From: Chthoniobacterales bacterium
GTDB lineage: Bacteria; Verrucomicrobiota; Verrucomicrobiia; Chthoniobacterales; DYNR01
Length of the DNA: 64,000 nucleotides
Assembly: GCA_026418675.1 (NCBI GenBank)
Contig: JAOAAX010000003.1
Span: forward strand, 32,491 to 96,490
Direction: 5' to 3'
The notes under the pieces were generated by a model that saw nothing but the letters and a program-made list of their open reading frames with translations, made no database searches and was not told the DNA's origin. The position numbers and the translations under genes are program-made. This document shows, in pieces, positions 61,708 to 64,000 of this stretch; position 1 is the first letter of the stretch; every line of letters starts with the position of its first letter.

Positions 61708-62721
61708 ATGCATTTAATTGATTATATCAGACATGTTAAAAAAAAAGATGAAATTCTCATTATTAGCCCTACAGCAATAGGTGAAGCTTTTGTTGTTGTT
61801 TTACTCTTGGAAGAAGTTTATAATAAATATAACAGAAATATTCATTTAATTTTACCGCCACATCAAACAGACATTTTAAAACTTATAAATGTTCCACGAC
61901 AATATCTGTTTTGTGGAACATGCCATTATAAACTTATTGCATCTTTTTACAAGGATTATAAAATCTTGAATATCGATAATGGTGATAATATAGTAGTTGT
62001 ATATCCTGATTACTTTTTTAGTTATCCCTTTGATTTATTTAAGTCATTTATAGATAGTAATGGAATTTTTGGTTTAGATTATGTAAAATCTATTAAAAGA
62101 GTCTTGGGTTTAAATTTAAACTGTTTATTGACTAAACCAAAAAATAATTTAAATGATATTAGTTTAAAATATTTAGAAAAATTAAATTTAAAAAAAGGAC
62201 AATATGTACTTTTTCAAGTAGGAAGTAATTCAAGAAAAGCTGTCCCTTATGAGATTTTTTTTAAAATTGCATTATATTTTTTTAATAAAGGATATGATAT
62301 AATAATAAATAGAGCAAATTCTTTATTTCAACCTAAAGAGAGATTTCCAATTGCGAAATATGAGACATCTTTCTCAATATATCATGCTAATTTGTTAGCG
62401 CTAAATGCAAGTTATGTTATATCTACTGGCTCAGGTATACTATGTTCTTTTATATATTTAAATAATCTTTCAACAATTGATACTAAATTAGTTCATATTG
62501 GAACCAATTATAGAACATTAAGTCATATACCTCCTATTATATTTGAAAAAGTTTCTCCTTTTGTAAATCATAAAAATTGCATGCCTGAAATTATTACTAA
62601 TAAAAAAAATCTCTATGAATGGTATTTGCCACTTGAGTTAAATAAAGATGAAAGGGAAAAATTTATTAATGATGTTTTAACTTTTGATAAAAAATCTTTT
62701 TTTTACATGGGACCTGTTTAA
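61708..62721 (+). CDS. Hypothetical protein, very AT-rich, possibly a divergent glycosyltransferase-like fold
   Basis: 337-aa ORF. AIGEAF near the N-terminus and ASYVISTGSGIL near the C-terminus weakly recall GT9-like motifs. Confidence 0.65.
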   Translation: MHLIDYIRHVKKKDEILIISPTAIGEAFVVVLLLEEVYNKYNRNIHLILPPHQTDILKLINVPRQYLFCGTCHYKLIASFYKDYKILNIDNGDNIVVVYPDYFFSYPFDLFKSFIDSNGIFGLDYVKSIKRVLGLNLNCLLTKPKNNLNDISLKYLEKLNLKKGQYVLFQVGSNSRKAVPYEIFFKIALYFFNKGYDIIINRANSLFQPKERFPIAKYETSFSIYHANLLALNASYVISTGSGILCSFIYLNNLSTIDTKLVHIGTNYRTLSHIPPIIFEKVSPFVNHKNCMPEIITNKKNLYEWYLPLELNKDEREKFINDVLTFDKKSFFYMGPV

Positions 62722-62746
62722 TACTAAAATAGTATCAATATTGAAT

Positions 62747-64000
62747 ATGATTATGGATATAAACGATAAAATTTTAAGGACTTTTCCTAATTCTAAAAAT
62801 GAGTTAATAAGGATAATTTTTGGAAAAAATGAAATGTTATATTTAAATGATAAAAATTATTATATTGACTTAACAGGTGGTGGCACAAGTTTCAATACTG
62901 TTGGTTATTCAAATCGTAGAATTATAAATAAGATGGTTAATAAAGCCCTACTAATTTCACATGCAGACTTTAAAACTACATTAGATGAAGATAGAGAAAA
63001 ATTAGCTGAATTACTTTTGAAGGATAACAAAATTTCCAATGAATTTGTTTATTTTGCTGGAAACTCTGGTGGCGAAGGTATTGAGGCAGCTATGAAATTA
63101 AGTTATCAAACCCATTTAGAGCTTGGATACTCTAAAAGAAATATTTTTATTTCAAGAATGGAGTCATATCATGGATCATCAACTGATGCTATTGCTATTA
63201 GTGATAGAAAAAATTTATTAATATATAAAGATTTATTTCCTTGTAATCGCTATAAGATTTCAGATCATTATTTTATTAAGAATAGGCGAATTGGAGAAAC
63301 TAAGGAAGAATATACAAAAAGATGTCTTGATGAATTTGAAAAAAAAATATTAGAACTTGGTCCTGAAAAGGTTTGTGCTTTCATAGGGGAAACAATTATG
63401 GGTGGACTACAAGGTTTTATAGAACCCTGTGATGGTTACTGGAAAGGTATTAGAGATATATGTGACAAATATGGCATACACTTAATTCTAGATGAAGTTA
63501 TCTGTGGTTGTGGTGTTACAGGAAATTATTATTGTATTGAGTATGATGGTATTACACCAGACTTTTTAGTTATATCAAAGGGTCTAACAAGTGGTTATTT
63601 TCCTTTAAATGCAGTATTGCTTACAAGGAAGACTTATGAAGCAATAAGTAATGGAAGTGGAAGAACCAATCATTCTACAACTTTTCAAGGACATTCAATT
63701 GGTTGTGCCGTAGCTTTGGAAGTTACAAAAATAGTTAAGAGGCATATTTTTTTAAAAAGGGTTCAAAAATTAGGGGATCTTGTTAGACAGAAAATAGAAA
63801 GTTATCTAAAAGGACACCCTAATTTTATAGCAGTTCATGGAAGGGGTTTAAGGATTTCAATAGAGTATTCTTTTAATAATATGATTAGTTTTGCTGATTA
63901 TTTTAGGAATTTAATGAAACAAAAATATAAAATCCTTTTAGACGTGAAATGGCATAGAATATTATTGAGTCCGCCTTTAACGATTTCTGAAGATAAACTT
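62747..64000 (+). CDS. Class III PLP-dependent aminotransferase, partial (runs off right edge)
   Basis: Manual translation: YIDLTGG, NSGGEGIEAAMK, SYHGSS, LILDEVICGCGVTG, PDFLVISKGLTSGYFPL. Absent from the ORF track because there is no stop in the window. Confidence 0.9.
   Translation, partial: MIMDINDKILRTFPNSKNELIRIIFGKNEMLYLNDKNYYIDLTGGGTSFNTVGYSNRRIINKMVNKALLISHADFKTTLDEDREKLAELLLKDNKISNEFVYFAGNSGGEGIEAAMKLSYQTHLELGYSKRNIFISRMESYHGSSTDAIAISDRKNLLIYKDLFPCNRYKISDHYFIKNRRIGETKEEYTKRCLDEFEKKILELGPEKVCAFIGETIMGGLQGFIEPCDGYWKGIRDICDKYGIHLILDEVICGCGVTGNYYCIEYDGITPDFLVISKGLTSGYFPLNAVLLTRKTYEAISNGSGRTNHSTTFQGHSIGCAVALEVTKIVKRHIFLKRVQKLGDLVRQKIESYLKGHPNFIAVHGRGLRISIEYSFNNMISFADYFRNLMKQKYKILLDVKWHRILLSPPLTISEDKL

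Noticed and set aside
1-64000. CRISPR array, rRNA, transposase, prophage or defence system
   Set aside because: No regularly spaced repeats or recognisable genes of these types seen by eye.

Overview
This is a bacterial chromosomal window, most consistent with Verrucomicrobiota (inferred from gene content such as TIGR03790, the LpxL-WaaF fusion and scattered biosynthetic genes; not database-checked). Positions 1-44.8 kb are mostly housekeeping: plsC-cmk-aroA-tyrA, miaB, gnd, a lone cheA, trpD, purH, a DtxR/MntR-FeoA-FeoB metal-uptake unit, tRNA-Val(TAC), TIGR03790/LemA/BsuPI, two K+/H+ antiporters, MATE, nuoJKLMN, glgP, purK, the LpxL-WaaF fusion, trxA, carA, an FHA protein, hisF and an L,D-transpeptidase. 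This part has a very strong G>C skew on the + strand. From 45.3 kb all genes run on the + strand and become AT-rich: a sulfate ABC transporter, then a nucleotide-sugar cluster of more than 14.8 kb that runs off the window. The cluster holds a domain-swapped HldE-like enzyme, two SDRs, a Zn-dehydrogenase, two DegT aminotransferases, a split transketolase with an altered donor-binding His, a HAD phosphatase, an APH-like kinase, a methyltransferase, a formyltransferase and a class III aminotransferase. It is the best candidate for an undescribed pathway (a higher-carbon or branched amino sugar). Other leads are a Pro-rich tail-anchored protein with ETxx[I/L] motifs near an FHA protein, a hidden frameshifted gene, and a probable CTG start for tyrA. 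No CRISPR array, rRNA, transposase or integrase was seen. All family calls come from motif recognition by eye.
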